The translations under genes were made by a program, and so were the position numbers. The notes under the pieces were generated by a model. It saw only the letters and a list, made by a program, of their open reading frames with translations, had not been told where the DNA came from and did not search any database. This document shows, in pieces, positions 30,132 through 39,569 of a stretch of 64,000 nt of DNA (the first letter of the stretch is position 1; each line of letters begins with the position of its first letter). This DNA is from an uncultured Bacilli bacterium (GTDB taxonomy: Bacteria; Bacillota_I; Bacilli_A; RF39; UBA660): NCBI GenBank assembly GCA_944332295.1, contig CALVJR010000001.1:64585-128584 (forward strand), given 5' to 3'.

Positions 30132-32315
30132 ATGGATTCACAAAGAGTAAAAGAACTAGTAAAAAAGACAAAGCAAACTCTACAAGAGGAAGGAGTAGTA
30201 GCCTTAACAAAAAAAGGCTGCCGTTTTATCACTTTCCGAGTAGGAAAAGTGAATAGAAAATATGATAAATGTTTTAAAGATATTCTATTTATCAATGGTT
30301 GTACGCTACCACATCCGCAAAGATATCGAGTAGATCATCAGATAGAACAATTAGAGTCCTATGGTATCAGTTGTGATAAAGTAGATTACGACAAATTAAC
30401 ATTAGATAAAATAAAGTACTTTAGAGGATTTGTTTTTTATCGGTGTCCAATAATTCCAGTAATAGAAGAATTTATAAAAGTCGCTAAAGAAAATAATAAA
30501 ACATGTTTTTATGACATTGATGACTTAGTTTTTGACCTAGAACAAACAAAAAAGATTAAGTTCTTAGATACCATGTCAAAAGAAGAAAGAAATCTATATA
30601 ATGATGGAGTAATTAGAATGGGAAAAACTCTAGATTTATGTGAATATGGTATTGCTTCTACTACTCGGTTGCAAACAGAGATGGGAAAACATCTAAAAGA
30701 AGTTTATATCAATAGAAATGTTGCTAGCGAAGAAATGGTAAAATACTCAGAAATTGCTTTAAATGAAGTGGAAAAAGAGGATAATAAGGTAATTATAGGT
30801 TACTTATCAGGAACGATTACTCATAATGATGATTTTAAAATGATTATGCCTACTGTAGTAAAATTATTAAAAAAATATGATAATTTATATTTACAAATCG
30901 TAGGATTATTAGATTTACCAAAAGAAATGGAAGAAGTAAAAGATAAAGTATTAACATCTCCATTCGTTGATTGGAAAGAACTACCTAAATTAATAAGATC
31001 AATAGACATTAACTTAGCACCATTAGAAGATAGTATTTTTAATGAAGCAAAATCAGAAAACAAATGGACAGAAGCTGCTTTAGTAAAAATACCTACAGTA
31101 GCATCTAATGTAGGTGCTTTTAAAGATGCCATAGAAGATGGAAAAACAGGACTTTTATGTAATGATGAAAAAGACTGGGAAGAAAAATTATCTAAAATGA
31201 TTGAAGATAAAGAGTATAGAGAAGGTATTGCTGCAAATGCTTATGATGAAGTAATGACAAAGCATGTAACAACAAAATCAGGCTTAGGTATTGCAGAATT
31301 TATTAAAAGCAAATTAAGAAAAAATATCTGCTTTGTCTTACCATCTCCCAATATCTCAGGTGGAATCATGGTTGCTATAAAACACGGGGTAATATTGAAA
31401 AAACATGGTTATGATGTAACGATGATTAATGTCAATAAACAGACAAGAAATGTCGATAAATTATATGAAAAAGAAGATTACATATTTGTAGTATCAAACT
31501 ATAGAACCGAAATGACTATGTATATTGATACCATGGTCGCAACGATGTGGTTAACACTAGAAGAAGTACAAAAATACTATAATTGTAAACATAAAAAATA
31601 CTTAGTCCAAGGAATGGAAACAAGATTTTATAAACCTGGAGAATTCGAAAAGAAAAAAGCCAATGCTACTTATTGTAATATCTTTAATATTGATTATTTA
31701 ACAATATCAAAATGGTGCGAGAGATGGTTAAAAGAAGACTTTAACACAGAGGCTAAATATGCACCTAACGGTCTAGATTTATCTATTTTCTCAGTAAGAA
31801 AAAGAACCTTCGAAGGAAAAATAAAAATATTAATTGAAGGAAATAGTAAAGACTATTATAAAAACGTAGATGAAAGTTTTAAAATAGCCAATGAATTAGA
31901 TAAAAATAAATATGAAATACATTATTTATCATATGAAAAAGAGCCAAAAAAGTGGTACAAAGTAGATAAATTTCATCATAAAGTACCTCACGATGAAGTA
32001 GGAAAGATATATGAAGAATGTGACATCTTATTAAAAACAAGCCTATTAGATAGTTTTGCTTATCCTCCACTAGAAATGATGGCAACTGGAGGTTTAGCAG
32101 TAGCAGTACCAAATGAAGGAAATATTGAATACTTAAGAGATGAAGAAAACTGTCTATTATATGAACAAGGGAATATCAAAGAGGCGATAGAAAAAATAGA
32201 GCGATTAGTTAGTGATAAACAATTAAGAGAAAAACTAATCAAAAATGGATTAAAAACAGCTCAAGAAAGAGATTGGAATAAAATAGAAGATAAAATTATG
32301 AAATTGTACGAATAG
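30132..32315 (+). CDS. Two-module GT4/GT1-type glycosyltransferase
   Basis: Two successive GT-B retaining-type C-terminal signatures (...ENKWTEAALVKIPTVASNVGAFKDAIEDGKTGLL... and ...DSFAYPPLEMMATGGLAVAVPNEGNIEYLRDEENCLL...). ATG 30132 follows GGAGG; 30120 is an alternative. Confidence 0.8.
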   Translation: MDSQRVKELVKKTKQTLQEEGVVALTKKGCRFITFRVGKVNRKYDKCFKDILFINGCTLPHPQRYRVDHQIEQLESYGISCDKVDYDKLTLDKIKYFRGFVFYRCPIIPVIEEFIKVAKENNKTCFYDIDDLVFDLEQTKKIKFLDTMSKEERNLYNDGVIRMGKTLDLCEYGIASTTRLQTEMGKHLKEVYINRNVASEEMVKYSEIALNEVEKEDNKVIIGYLSGTITHNDDFKMIMPTVVKLLKKYDNLYLQIVGLLDLPKEMEEVKDKVLTSPFVDWKELPKLIRSIDINLAPLEDSIFNEAKSENKWTEAALVKIPTVASNVGAFKDAIEDGKTGLLCNDEKDWEEKLSKMIEDKEYREGIAANAYDEVMTKHVTTKSGLGIAEFIKSKLRKNICFVLPSPNISGGIMVAIKHGVILKKHGYDVTMINVNKQTRNVDKLYEKEDYIFVVSNYRTEMTMYIDTMVATMWLTLEEVQKYYNCKHKKYLVQGMETRFYKPGEFEKKKANATYCNIFNIDYLTISKWCERWLKEDFNTEAKYAPNGLDLSIFSVRKRTFEGKIKILIEGNSKDYYKNVDESFKIANELDKNKYEIHYLSYEKEPKKWYKVDKFHHKVPHDEVGKIYEECDILLKTSLLDSFAYPPLEMMATGGLAVAVPNEGNIEYLRDEENCLLYEQGNIKEAIEKIERLVSDKQLREKLIKNGLKTAQERDWNKIEDKIMKLYE

Positions 32316-32324
32316 GAGGTAGCT

Positions 32325-32921
32325 ATGAAAATAAAAGACCATAAAATTTGTTTAGCAATCATCATACTACTAGTAATAGTAATAATTATTACCTTGATTA
32401 TGCCAACAAAGCAACTATCAACAGATACCTATGAGACATTAGATCAATGGATTTTAGGAGAACTAACAGAAGGTGACGAAATAATACAGACTTTTCGACC
32501 AGAGAAATCATACCAAAGAATTGGTCTACCATTTGCAACCTACAGTCAAATTATAGAAAAAGGAAATGTCATTGTTACAATAACAAATGATAAAGGGAAA
32601 GAAAAAAGAATCAAAGTTAAGGCCTCTAGCATCATTGACAATGAATATTACTATATAAAGTACAATTTTAAAAAGAATAGAGAGTATGAAGTAAAGATTA
32701 CTTTCCAAAATTTAGATAAACCAATAACTTTGAAAGCAACTAAGAAAGAAATAAAAAATGCAAGTCTAAAGGTAAATGGAGAAGAACAAACTGGAAGTAT
32801 TATTTTATCTTTAATGTATAGCGAAAATAACTATTTTAATATCTGGTATTCTATTTTTGGTATTACAATTACTAGCTCTTATATCGCTTTAGCAAAGGAG
32901 AGAAGAAAACATGAAAAATAA
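32325..32921 (+). CDS. Membrane protein of unknown function (N- and C-terminal TM, beta-rich middle)
   Basis: 198-aa ORF, RBS AGGAGG, overlaps the next gene by 11 nt. Confidence 0.7.
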   Translation: MKIKDHKICLAIIILLVIVIIITLIMPTKQLSTDTYETLDQWILGELTEGDEIIQTFRPEKSYQRIGLPFATYSQIIEKGNVIVTITNDKGKEKRIKVKASSIIDNEYYYIKYNFKKNREYEVKITFQNLDKPITLKATKKEIKNASLKVNGEEQTGSIILSLMYSENNYFNIWYSIFGITITSSYIALAKERRKHEK

Positions 32922-34776
32922 AAAACAGATTATACTTATAATTCTAGCTTTTCTACTCTCTATCATATTATCTCTAGGAGTAGAACTACTATATTTTAAT
33001 AAAGAAGTAATTACAACCAATAAAAAAGAACAAGCAGAAATACTAAATACTGAAAATATAGAAGAAAATAATAAAGATTTTTTAGCAACAAAAAACTCAT
33101 CTATTACGATAAGGGTTCCTGATAAAGTTCATAAACTACAATTCGAATATGAATCAGAAGAAAACTTCGAATGGAAAGTAGAGTATACAGCAGCAGATAA
33201 CACAAAAGTAGAATTAGTAGAGGACTCCTCTAATTTAATTAACCATGCAGTAAGAAAACTAGATGCCAAAACAAAGGAAATAAAGATTACATTTTTAAGT
33301 GATAATGTAAAAATAAAGAATATAGAAATTAATAATGAAATTTATATAAACTGGAATAGAGTACTTGTCTTTGTAGTAGCAATCACATTATTTTCTATAT
33401 TAATAATATTTAGAAAGTACTTTTATAAAAGACTAGATAAAGCATTCTTATTGATTGCTATACCAGTAGGTATCTTGTTTATTTTAGTATTACCAAAGAC
33501 AGTATATACATCCTGGGATGATCAAATTCATATCAAGAATGCCTATACAGCATTTTCATCAGAGACGACAACATTTTCTCAAGGACTACAAAAATTACAG
33601 GCAAAAGATGAACTTGATCAAAAATATTTCCAAACAACAGAAGAAAAATTAGAGTTATATGATGAGATCAACAAATTACATAAAGAAACGAAAGACAGGG
33701 TAATACAATTAAATAATTACTCACCTAAATATAATCGTTTAGTATATCTTCCATTTTATGTAGGTTTTAAAATAGCAGATGCTATCAACTTAAATTTAAC
33801 AACAGGAATTGTTCTAGCTAAAATATTAAACTTACTTTGCTATGTAGGATTAATATATGCAGCAATTAGAGTAAGTACTTATGCTAAAAAGCTAGTATTT
33901 GCAGTAGGATTAATTGGTTCTAATCTATTTTTAGCATCACAATTTTCTTATGATCCTACCATCATTGCCAGTATTATATTAGCTCTAGCAATATTCTTAA
34001 GACAATTAGAACTAGAAAAAATAAATAATAAATATATTTTCTTATTTATTCTATGTATTATCTGGGCAAGCTTACCAAAAGCAATCTATTGTCCATTACT
34101 ATTATTATTACTATTCATACCAAACAAAAAATTTGAAAGTAAAAGACAAGCAGTTACGGTAAAAGCATTAGCTGTAATCATTGCAATCATTTTAGCAACA
34201 ACATTCATTCTACCATTCTTCTTAGGAAGTGTTGCAGGAGATTCCCGTGGAGGAAATACAAATGCTAGTGCTCAGCTTAATCTAATACTACATAATCCAA
34301 TTGCTTATGCATTATTGCAAACGAAATTTTTCTTAACAGATGCTCCTAGACTACTATTAGGAATCAACACATTCATGGGAGTAGCATATATAGAATCAAT
34401 GTTAACACCTTTAACTCAAATACTATATTTAGTAAGTTTAGTATTTATATTAAGGGTTGCTTTCCAAACACCATTAGACAAAAAGATAATAACTAATAAA
34501 ATAAAAATTGCATTACTTTTAGCTCTAATAGCATTATGGTTATTAATTACATCAGCAATGTATTTATCATTTACAGAGGTAGGAAATACAACTATTGAAG
34601 GCGTACAAGCTAGATATTTTATTCCAACACTATTACCATTATTACTATTATTGTGTAAAACAGAAAAAAATCCAAAAGAAGAAAAAAACGATAAAGACAT
34701 TGCACTTTTACTAATTCCATTGATAATCTTAATAGCCATGGTAGTAATGTTTATATATAAAGGATGTGGAGTTTAA
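32911..34776 (+). CDS. Polytopic GT-C-like membrane glycosyltransferase (DUF2142/GacL-like, tentative)
   Basis: 621 aa with an N-terminal TM, an ~130-aa soluble insert and about 11 TM helices. Sits directly upstream of a GacI/GacJ-like pair. Family assignment rests on architecture and context only. Confidence 0.6.
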   Translation: MKNKKQIILIILAFLLSIILSLGVELLYFNKEVITTNKKEQAEILNTENIEENNKDFLATKNSSITIRVPDKVHKLQFEYESEENFEWKVEYTAADNTKVELVEDSSNLINHAVRKLDAKTKEIKITFLSDNVKIKNIEINNEIYINWNRVLVFVVAITLFSILIIFRKYFYKRLDKAFLLIAIPVGILFILVLPKTVYTSWDDQIHIKNAYTAFSSETTTFSQGLQKLQAKDELDQKYFQTTEEKLELYDEINKLHKETKDRVIQLNNYSPKYNRLVYLPFYVGFKIADAINLNLTTGIVLAKILNLLCYVGLIYAAIRVSTYAKKLVFAVGLIGSNLFLASQFSYDPTIIASIILALAIFLRQLELEKINNKYIFLFILCIIWASLPKAIYCPLLLLLLFIPNKKFESKRQAVTVKALAVIIAIILATTFILPFFLGSVAGDSRGGNTNASAQLNLILHNPIAYALLQTKFFLTDAPRLLLGINTFMGVAYIESMLTPLTQILYLVSLVFILRVAFQTPLDKKIITNKIKIALLLALIALWLLITSAMYLSFTEVGNTTIEGVQARYFIPTLLPLLLLLCKTEKNPKEEKNDKDIALLLIPLIILIAMVVMFIYKGCGV

Positions 34777-34778
34777 TT

Positions 34779-35501
34779 ATGGAAAAAGTATTACTGATTA
34801 TCCCAGCATATAACGAGGAAGAAAATATATTAAAAACTTATCAAAAGGTAATAGATTATAACAAAAAAGAAAAAAAACACTATGATGTAATTGTAATTAA
34901 TGACTGTTCTAAAGATAAAACAAGTAAAATATGTCATGACAATAATATTCCGGTGATTGACTTAATACATAATCTAGGAATTGGTGGAGCAGTCCAAACC
35001 GGTTATAAATATGCTTATGAAAATAATTATGATATTGCTGTTCAATTTGATGGAGATGGACAACATGATGTAAGATATGTAGAAAAAATTATTAAGCCAA
35101 TCATAGATAAAGAAGCAGACTTAGTGATCGGTTCTAGATTTGTAGAAGATATCAAAACATTTAAATCAACATTTGCAAGAAGAGTAGGAATAAAAATTAT
35201 CTCTTGCTTCATGAAGTTTGCAACACATAAAAAAATACATGATACAACATCAGGTTTTAGAGCTTGTTCCAAAGAATTAATTTATGATTTTTCACTATCT
35301 TATCCTAGCGAATATCCTGAACCAGTTACAACAGCAGAAGTACTAAAAAAGAAATATATTGTAAAAGAAGTTGCCGTAGAGATGAACGAAAGAGAAGCAG
35401 GAGTATCATCCATTCGAGCATGGAAGAATATCTATTATATGTTAAATGTATGCCTAGCTTTATTAGCAATAAAAATAAGGAGGTATAAAAGATGTCAGTA
35501 A
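34779..35501 (+). CDS. GT2 polyprenyl-phosphate sugar synthase (GacI/GtrB-like)
   Basis: VLLIIPAYNEEENI...VINDCSKDKT...DGDGQHD...GSRF with a single C-terminal hydrophobic helix. Confidence 0.85.
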   Translation: MEKVLLIIPAYNEEENILKTYQKVIDYNKKEKKHYDVIVINDCSKDKTSKICHDNNIPVIDLIHNLGIGGAVQTGYKYAYENNYDIAVQFDGDGQHDVRYVEKIIKPIIDKEADLVIGSRFVEDIKTFKSTFARRVGIKIISCFMKFATHKKIHDTTSGFRACSKELIYDFSLSYPSEYPEPVTTAEVLKKKYIVKEVAVEMNEREAGVSSIRAWKNIYYMLNVCLALLAIKIRRYKRCQ

Positions 35502-35854
35502 GTTTATCTATTACCTTAATTGGCGTAGGATTATTTTTAATGTTACTAACAACATATGTATTAAAAAAAGGAAGAATCCCTGAAAAGTATTCTCTTCTAT
35601 GGTATGCTTTTTCTCTAATCATTCTCCTAGTAGCAATTTTCCCTAATTTATTTGCTTTTATTTCAGACGGATTAGGATTCCAGGTAATGTCTAATTTAGT
35701 TATCGGAATTATTCTTGGAACATTAATCATATTAACGATGGCTTTAACGATAATGATTGCTGGTCAAAAGAAAAAAACAACTCTACTAATTCAAGAACTT
35801 TCTTTAGTAAAAAGTAGAATTAAAAAGTTGGAGGAGAAAGAAAATGATAAGTAA
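35492..35854 (+). CDS. Small 4-TM membrane protein, DUF2304/GacJ-like partner of the preceding GT2
   Basis: 120 aa with the ...KKGRIPEKYSLLWY... motif characteristic of DUF2304, plus a C-terminal amphipathic tail. Overlaps the upstream gene by 10 nt. Confidence 0.7.
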   Translation: MSVSLSITLIGVGLFLMLLTTYVLKKGRIPEKYSLLWYAFSLIILLVAIFPNLFAFISDGLGFQVMSNLVIGIILGTLIILTMALTIMIAGQKKKTTLLIQELSLVKSRIKKLEEKENDK

Positions 35855-36788
35855 ACATATGATAGGTAGACTTGGAAATCAAATGTTTCAATATGCAGCA
35901 GTACGTGCCTTCCAAGAAAAATATCGTAAAAATGATGAAATTTTATTAGATTTTTCAGAAGTCTATCAAAGAGCAGACGAAGGTTTCAATGAAGAATTAA
36001 AATATTTTAATGTAAAACCATTTAAAATTGGAACAATGAAATTAAGTTTTTCTCAAAAATTAGCAAATTTAAAACTAAATATCATAAAGTTTTATTACTT
36101 AAAAAAAGATCCAAAAAACTATGCTAAAAAAATGTATGTAGTAGAAAAAAAATTACAGCCTAAAATGAATAAAAAAGGACTATATAGTTTTAGACTAGGT
36201 TATTATGATTTTAAAGATTGTAATTGCGAAAATTGTTGTTTTTTCGGAACTTTTGAATCCGCAAAATATTTTGACGATATAAAAGATATTTTAAAAGAAG
36301 AGTTTACACCAAAGTATGGAATACTAGAACATAACAAAGAGTTTTATAAAGAAATAGAACAAACAGAGTCTGTATGTGTAACCATTAGAAGAGGAGATTT
36401 TGTATCCGTACCAGAAAACAAAAAGGACCTATATGTATGTACACCAGAATATTTTGAAAGAGCAATTAAGCTTATGCAAGAAAAAGTACCAAAAGCAAAG
36501 TTTTTTGTCTTTTCAGATGATGTAGAATGGTGTAGGAACAATATGAAATTTCCGAAAGGTACAATGTATGAATCTGGAACAGATCCAGTCTGGGAAAAGT
36601 TAAGAATGATGTATTCTTGCAAACATTATATTATCTCTAACAGTACGTTTAGTTACTGGGCACAGTATTTATCAAGAAATGACAAAAAGATAGTAATTGC
36701 ACCAAAAAGATGGGGAAACAATCTATATAAAAATGAGGATGAATTAATCGATATCTATCAAGATGATTGGATACTAATCGATAATTAA
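35844..36788 (+). CDS. GT11-family glycosyltransferase (alpha-1,2-fucosyltransferase-like)
   Basis: N-terminal GRLGNQMFQYAAVRAF matches the GT11 GGLGNQMFQYA motif. C-terminal ...ISNSTFSYWAQYL... is also GT11-like. RBS GGAGGAG. Confidence 0.85.
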   Translation: MISKHMIGRLGNQMFQYAAVRAFQEKYRKNDEILLDFSEVYQRADEGFNEELKYFNVKPFKIGTMKLSFSQKLANLKLNIIKFYYLKKDPKNYAKKMYVVEKKLQPKMNKKGLYSFRLGYYDFKDCNCENCCFFGTFESAKYFDDIKDILKEEFTPKYGILEHNKEFYKEIEQTESVCVTIRRGDFVSVPENKKDLYVCTPEYFERAIKLMQEKVPKAKFFVFSDDVEWCRNNMKFPKGTMYESGTDPVWEKLRMMYSCKHYIISNSTFSYWAQYLSRNDKKIVIAPKRWGNNLYKNEDELIDIYQDDWILIDN

Positions 36789-36799
36789 GGATGGAAAAA

Positions 36800-37792
36800 A
36801 TGAATAAAAAAGTGTCTATTATTGTCCCAGTGTATAATGTAGAAAAATCAATTGATAGATGTGTATCAAGTCTAGTAAATCAAACCTACCAAAATATAGA
36901 GATAATCTTATTAAATGATGGTAGTAAAGATAACTCGCTAAAGAAAATCAAAGAATGGGAAAAAAAATATCCCGATAAAATAAAATGTGAATCTCATAAA
37001 AATCAAGGAGTAGGAATGACTAGAAACAAAGGGATAGATCTAGCAACAGGAGAATACTTGACATTTGTTGACTCCGATGATTACTTAGATGAAGATTTTA
37101 TAGAAATATTAATGAATAATATAGAAGATTATGATATTATTGTAAGCGGATATAGAGGAGTAACAGAAGATAAAAAAGTACAGTTCGAAAGATTAATAGG
37201 GAAAACTCCCTGGGCACCATATCGCCAATTAGTAATCTGGGCAAAACTATATAAAACAAAATTAATAAAACAGAACAATATTAAATTTAATAGACTAAAA
37301 ACAGCAGAAGATGTTGTATTTTCAATGACAACATATTCAAAAACACAGAAAGTAAAAACAATAAAATATGCTGGATATAATTATGTAGATAACTTTTCTT
37401 CTGTAACACATGATGATAAAGTAAGAGTAGAAAACAATGTTGTTGAAATATTAACATTAGTAAGTAAACCAATAGATCAAGATAAAAAATATAAAGAGCA
37501 AAATAAAAAATTACTAAATTATTTATACCTAAAATTTTTTACAATTTATCTAATGGATAAAGCTAAAGTACTAGATAAAAAAGAATTAAAAGCTTATAAC
37601 AAAGAAGTAACAGAATATCTAGAAGAAAAATATAAAGAAAATAATTGGAAAATATCTTTCTGTTATCAAAAAGATGAACCATTCTTTGTAAATTTATCAA
37701 TAAATATTGTAGTTCTATGTAGAAAAATAAAATTGACCAACTTACTTTTATGGATGTTAAATAAAGTTTATTATAAAGGAAAAAAGAAGTGA
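36800..37792 (+). CDS. GT2 glycosyltransferase
   Basis: VSIIVPVYNVEKSI...LNDGSKDNS...NQGVGMTRN...FVDSDDY. ATG 36800 lies 8 nt after AAGGA; 36791 is an alternative. Confidence 0.85.
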   Translation: MNKKVSIIVPVYNVEKSIDRCVSSLVNQTYQNIEIILLNDGSKDNSLKKIKEWEKKYPDKIKCESHKNQGVGMTRNKGIDLATGEYLTFVDSDDYLDEDFIEILMNNIEDYDIIVSGYRGVTEDKKVQFERLIGKTPWAPYRQLVIWAKLYKTKLIKQNNIKFNRLKTAEDVVFSMTTYSKTQKVKTIKYAGYNYVDNFSSVTHDDKVRVENNVVEILTLVSKPIDQDKKYKEQNKKLLNYLYLKFFTIYLMDKAKVLDKKELKAYNKEVTEYLEEKYKENNWKISFCYQKDEPFFVNLSINIVVLCRKIKLTNLLLWMLNKVYYKGKKK

Positions 37793-37796
37793 TAAG

Positions 37797-38771
37797 ATGG
37801 AAAAAGTAACAATCGTAATACCAGTATATAATGCAGAAAAAACAATTTCTAAATGTATTGACAGTATCTTAAATCAAACCAATCGCAATTATCAAGTATT
37901 ATTAATTGATGATGGTAGTAAAGATAATTCTTTAAAAGTAATAAAAGAATATGAAAAAAAATATCCTAAAAAGATAAAAGTGATTTCTAAGAAAAATGAA
38001 GGTGTTGTCGCAACTAGAAATTTAGGAATTGAATTATGTAAGACTAAATATATCATGTTTATAGATAATGATGATTATATTGACAAGGATTATGTAGAAA
38101 AATTTCTATCTGCTATCACGGAAAGAAAAGATAAAATAATACTTGGTGGTTATAGAAGAACAACAGAAGATAAAATAATTCATGAAGAAAGCGCAGAGGA
38201 TGATTTATGGACAAAATATAGAATCATTACTCCCTGGGCGAGAATCTATGATGCTGATTTTCTAAAACAAGAAAATATTCAATATAAACCAATTAGTATC
38301 GGAGAAGATATCTACTTTAACATGTCAATTTATGCCAAAGCAGACCAAATATCATCTATTGATTATATAGGATACAACTGGTTTTATAATACAGAAAGCG
38401 TATCTAATACCACGCAAAAGGGATTAAATAAGAAAGTAAATCCAATCGAACTATTAACGGAAGTAAAGAAGCTTAATGAGAAAAAAGACGATGATCCAAT
38501 AATTAATTATTTTTATTATAGATATATGGTATGGTATTTATTATTTTCTGGTAAAAATGCTACAACAAAAGAGTTTATCAAAGAATATGAAAAATTAAGT
38601 AACTGGCTAAAAGAAAATAATATTAGATTATGTCTACCATTTACATCAAAAAAAATAAAAAGTGAACCAATAAAAAATAGGTTAAGTGTTTCGATATTTC
38701 ATATCATAGAAAAACTACATTTAATGAAATTATTTGCTAGTGTATATTGTAGAGGTGATAAGAATGTCTAA
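37797..38771 (+). CDS. GT2 glycosyltransferase
   Basis: VTIVIPVYNAEKTI...IDDGSKDNS...NEGVVATRN...FIDNDDY. Paralogous to the preceding gene. Confidence 0.85.
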   Translation: MEKVTIVIPVYNAEKTISKCIDSILNQTNRNYQVLLIDDGSKDNSLKVIKEYEKKYPKKIKVISKKNEGVVATRNLGIELCKTKYIMFIDNDDYIDKDYVEKFLSAITERKDKIILGGYRRTTEDKIIHEESAEDDLWTKYRIITPWARIYDADFLKQENIQYKPISIGEDIYFNMSIYAKADQISSIDYIGYNWFYNTESVSNTTQKGLNKKVNPIELLTEVKKLNEKKDDDPIINYFYYRYMVWYLLFSGKNATTKEFIKEYEKLSNWLKENNIRLCLPFTSKKIKSEPIKNRLSVSIFHIIEKLHLMKLFASVYCRGDKNV

Positions 38772-39555
38772 AGAATTACATACTTTCGTTGTTTTAGCCT
38801 ATAAAGAATCTAATTTATTAGAAGAATGTATTAAATCAGTACAAAATCAAACAACCAAAACGAATGTTGTAATCGCAACATCAACACCCAATGATTTTAT
38901 CAAAAAACTAGCAAAAAAATACAACTTAGAAATAAAAGTTAATAAAGGAAAAAAAGGTATTGGTTATGACTTTGATTTTGCCAGTAATTGCGTAGACTCA
39001 GAGCTAGTAACGATAGCACATCAAGATGATATCTATGATAAAACTTATGCAGAAGAGGTAATAAAATACTACAAGAAATATCCAAATGCAACCATTCTTT
39101 TTACAGATTATTATGAAATTAGAAATAATGAAAAAGTGATGACAAATACCAATCTAAAAATAAAAAGAATCTTATTATTGCCCTTAAGACTAAAGTTTTT
39201 TTGTAATAGAAACTTTATCAAAAGGTGTGCTCTAAGACTAGGAAATGCTATCTGTTGTCCAGCTGTAACTTTCGTAACAAGCAATACTCCAAAAGAAAAA
39301 TTTGCCTGTGACTTAAAATGTAATATCGACTGGTATTGCTGGGAAAGACTATCAAAGAAAAAAGGATATTTCATTTTTATACCCAAAAAAATCATGGGAC
39401 ATAGAATCCATGAAGAATCTACAACAACAGAAATTATCGGAGAAAGAATTCGTACTAAAGAAGACTACTTAATGTTATGTAAATTTTGGCCAAAAAAAAT
39501 AGCCAAATTCATTAATAAATTTTATGTAAAAGCAGAAAACAGTAATAAAAGCTAG
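38764..39555 (+). CDS. GT2-like glycosyltransferase
   Basis: HTFVVLAYKESNLLEECI... and ...TIAHQDDIYD.... ATG 38764 follows GAGGTGA and overlaps the upstream stop. Confidence 0.75.
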   Translation: MSKELHTFVVLAYKESNLLEECIKSVQNQTTKTNVVIATSTPNDFIKKLAKKYNLEIKVNKGKKGIGYDFDFASNCVDSELVTIAHQDDIYDKTYAEEVIKYYKKYPNATILFTDYYEIRNNEKVMTNTNLKIKRILLLPLRLKFFCNRNFIKRCALRLGNAICCPAVTFVTSNTPKEKFACDLKCNIDWYCWERLSKKKGYFIFIPKKIMGHRIHEESTTTEIIGERIRTKEDYLMLCKFWPKKIAKFINKFYVKAENSNKS

Positions 39556-39569
39556 TAGGTGGTGATATT

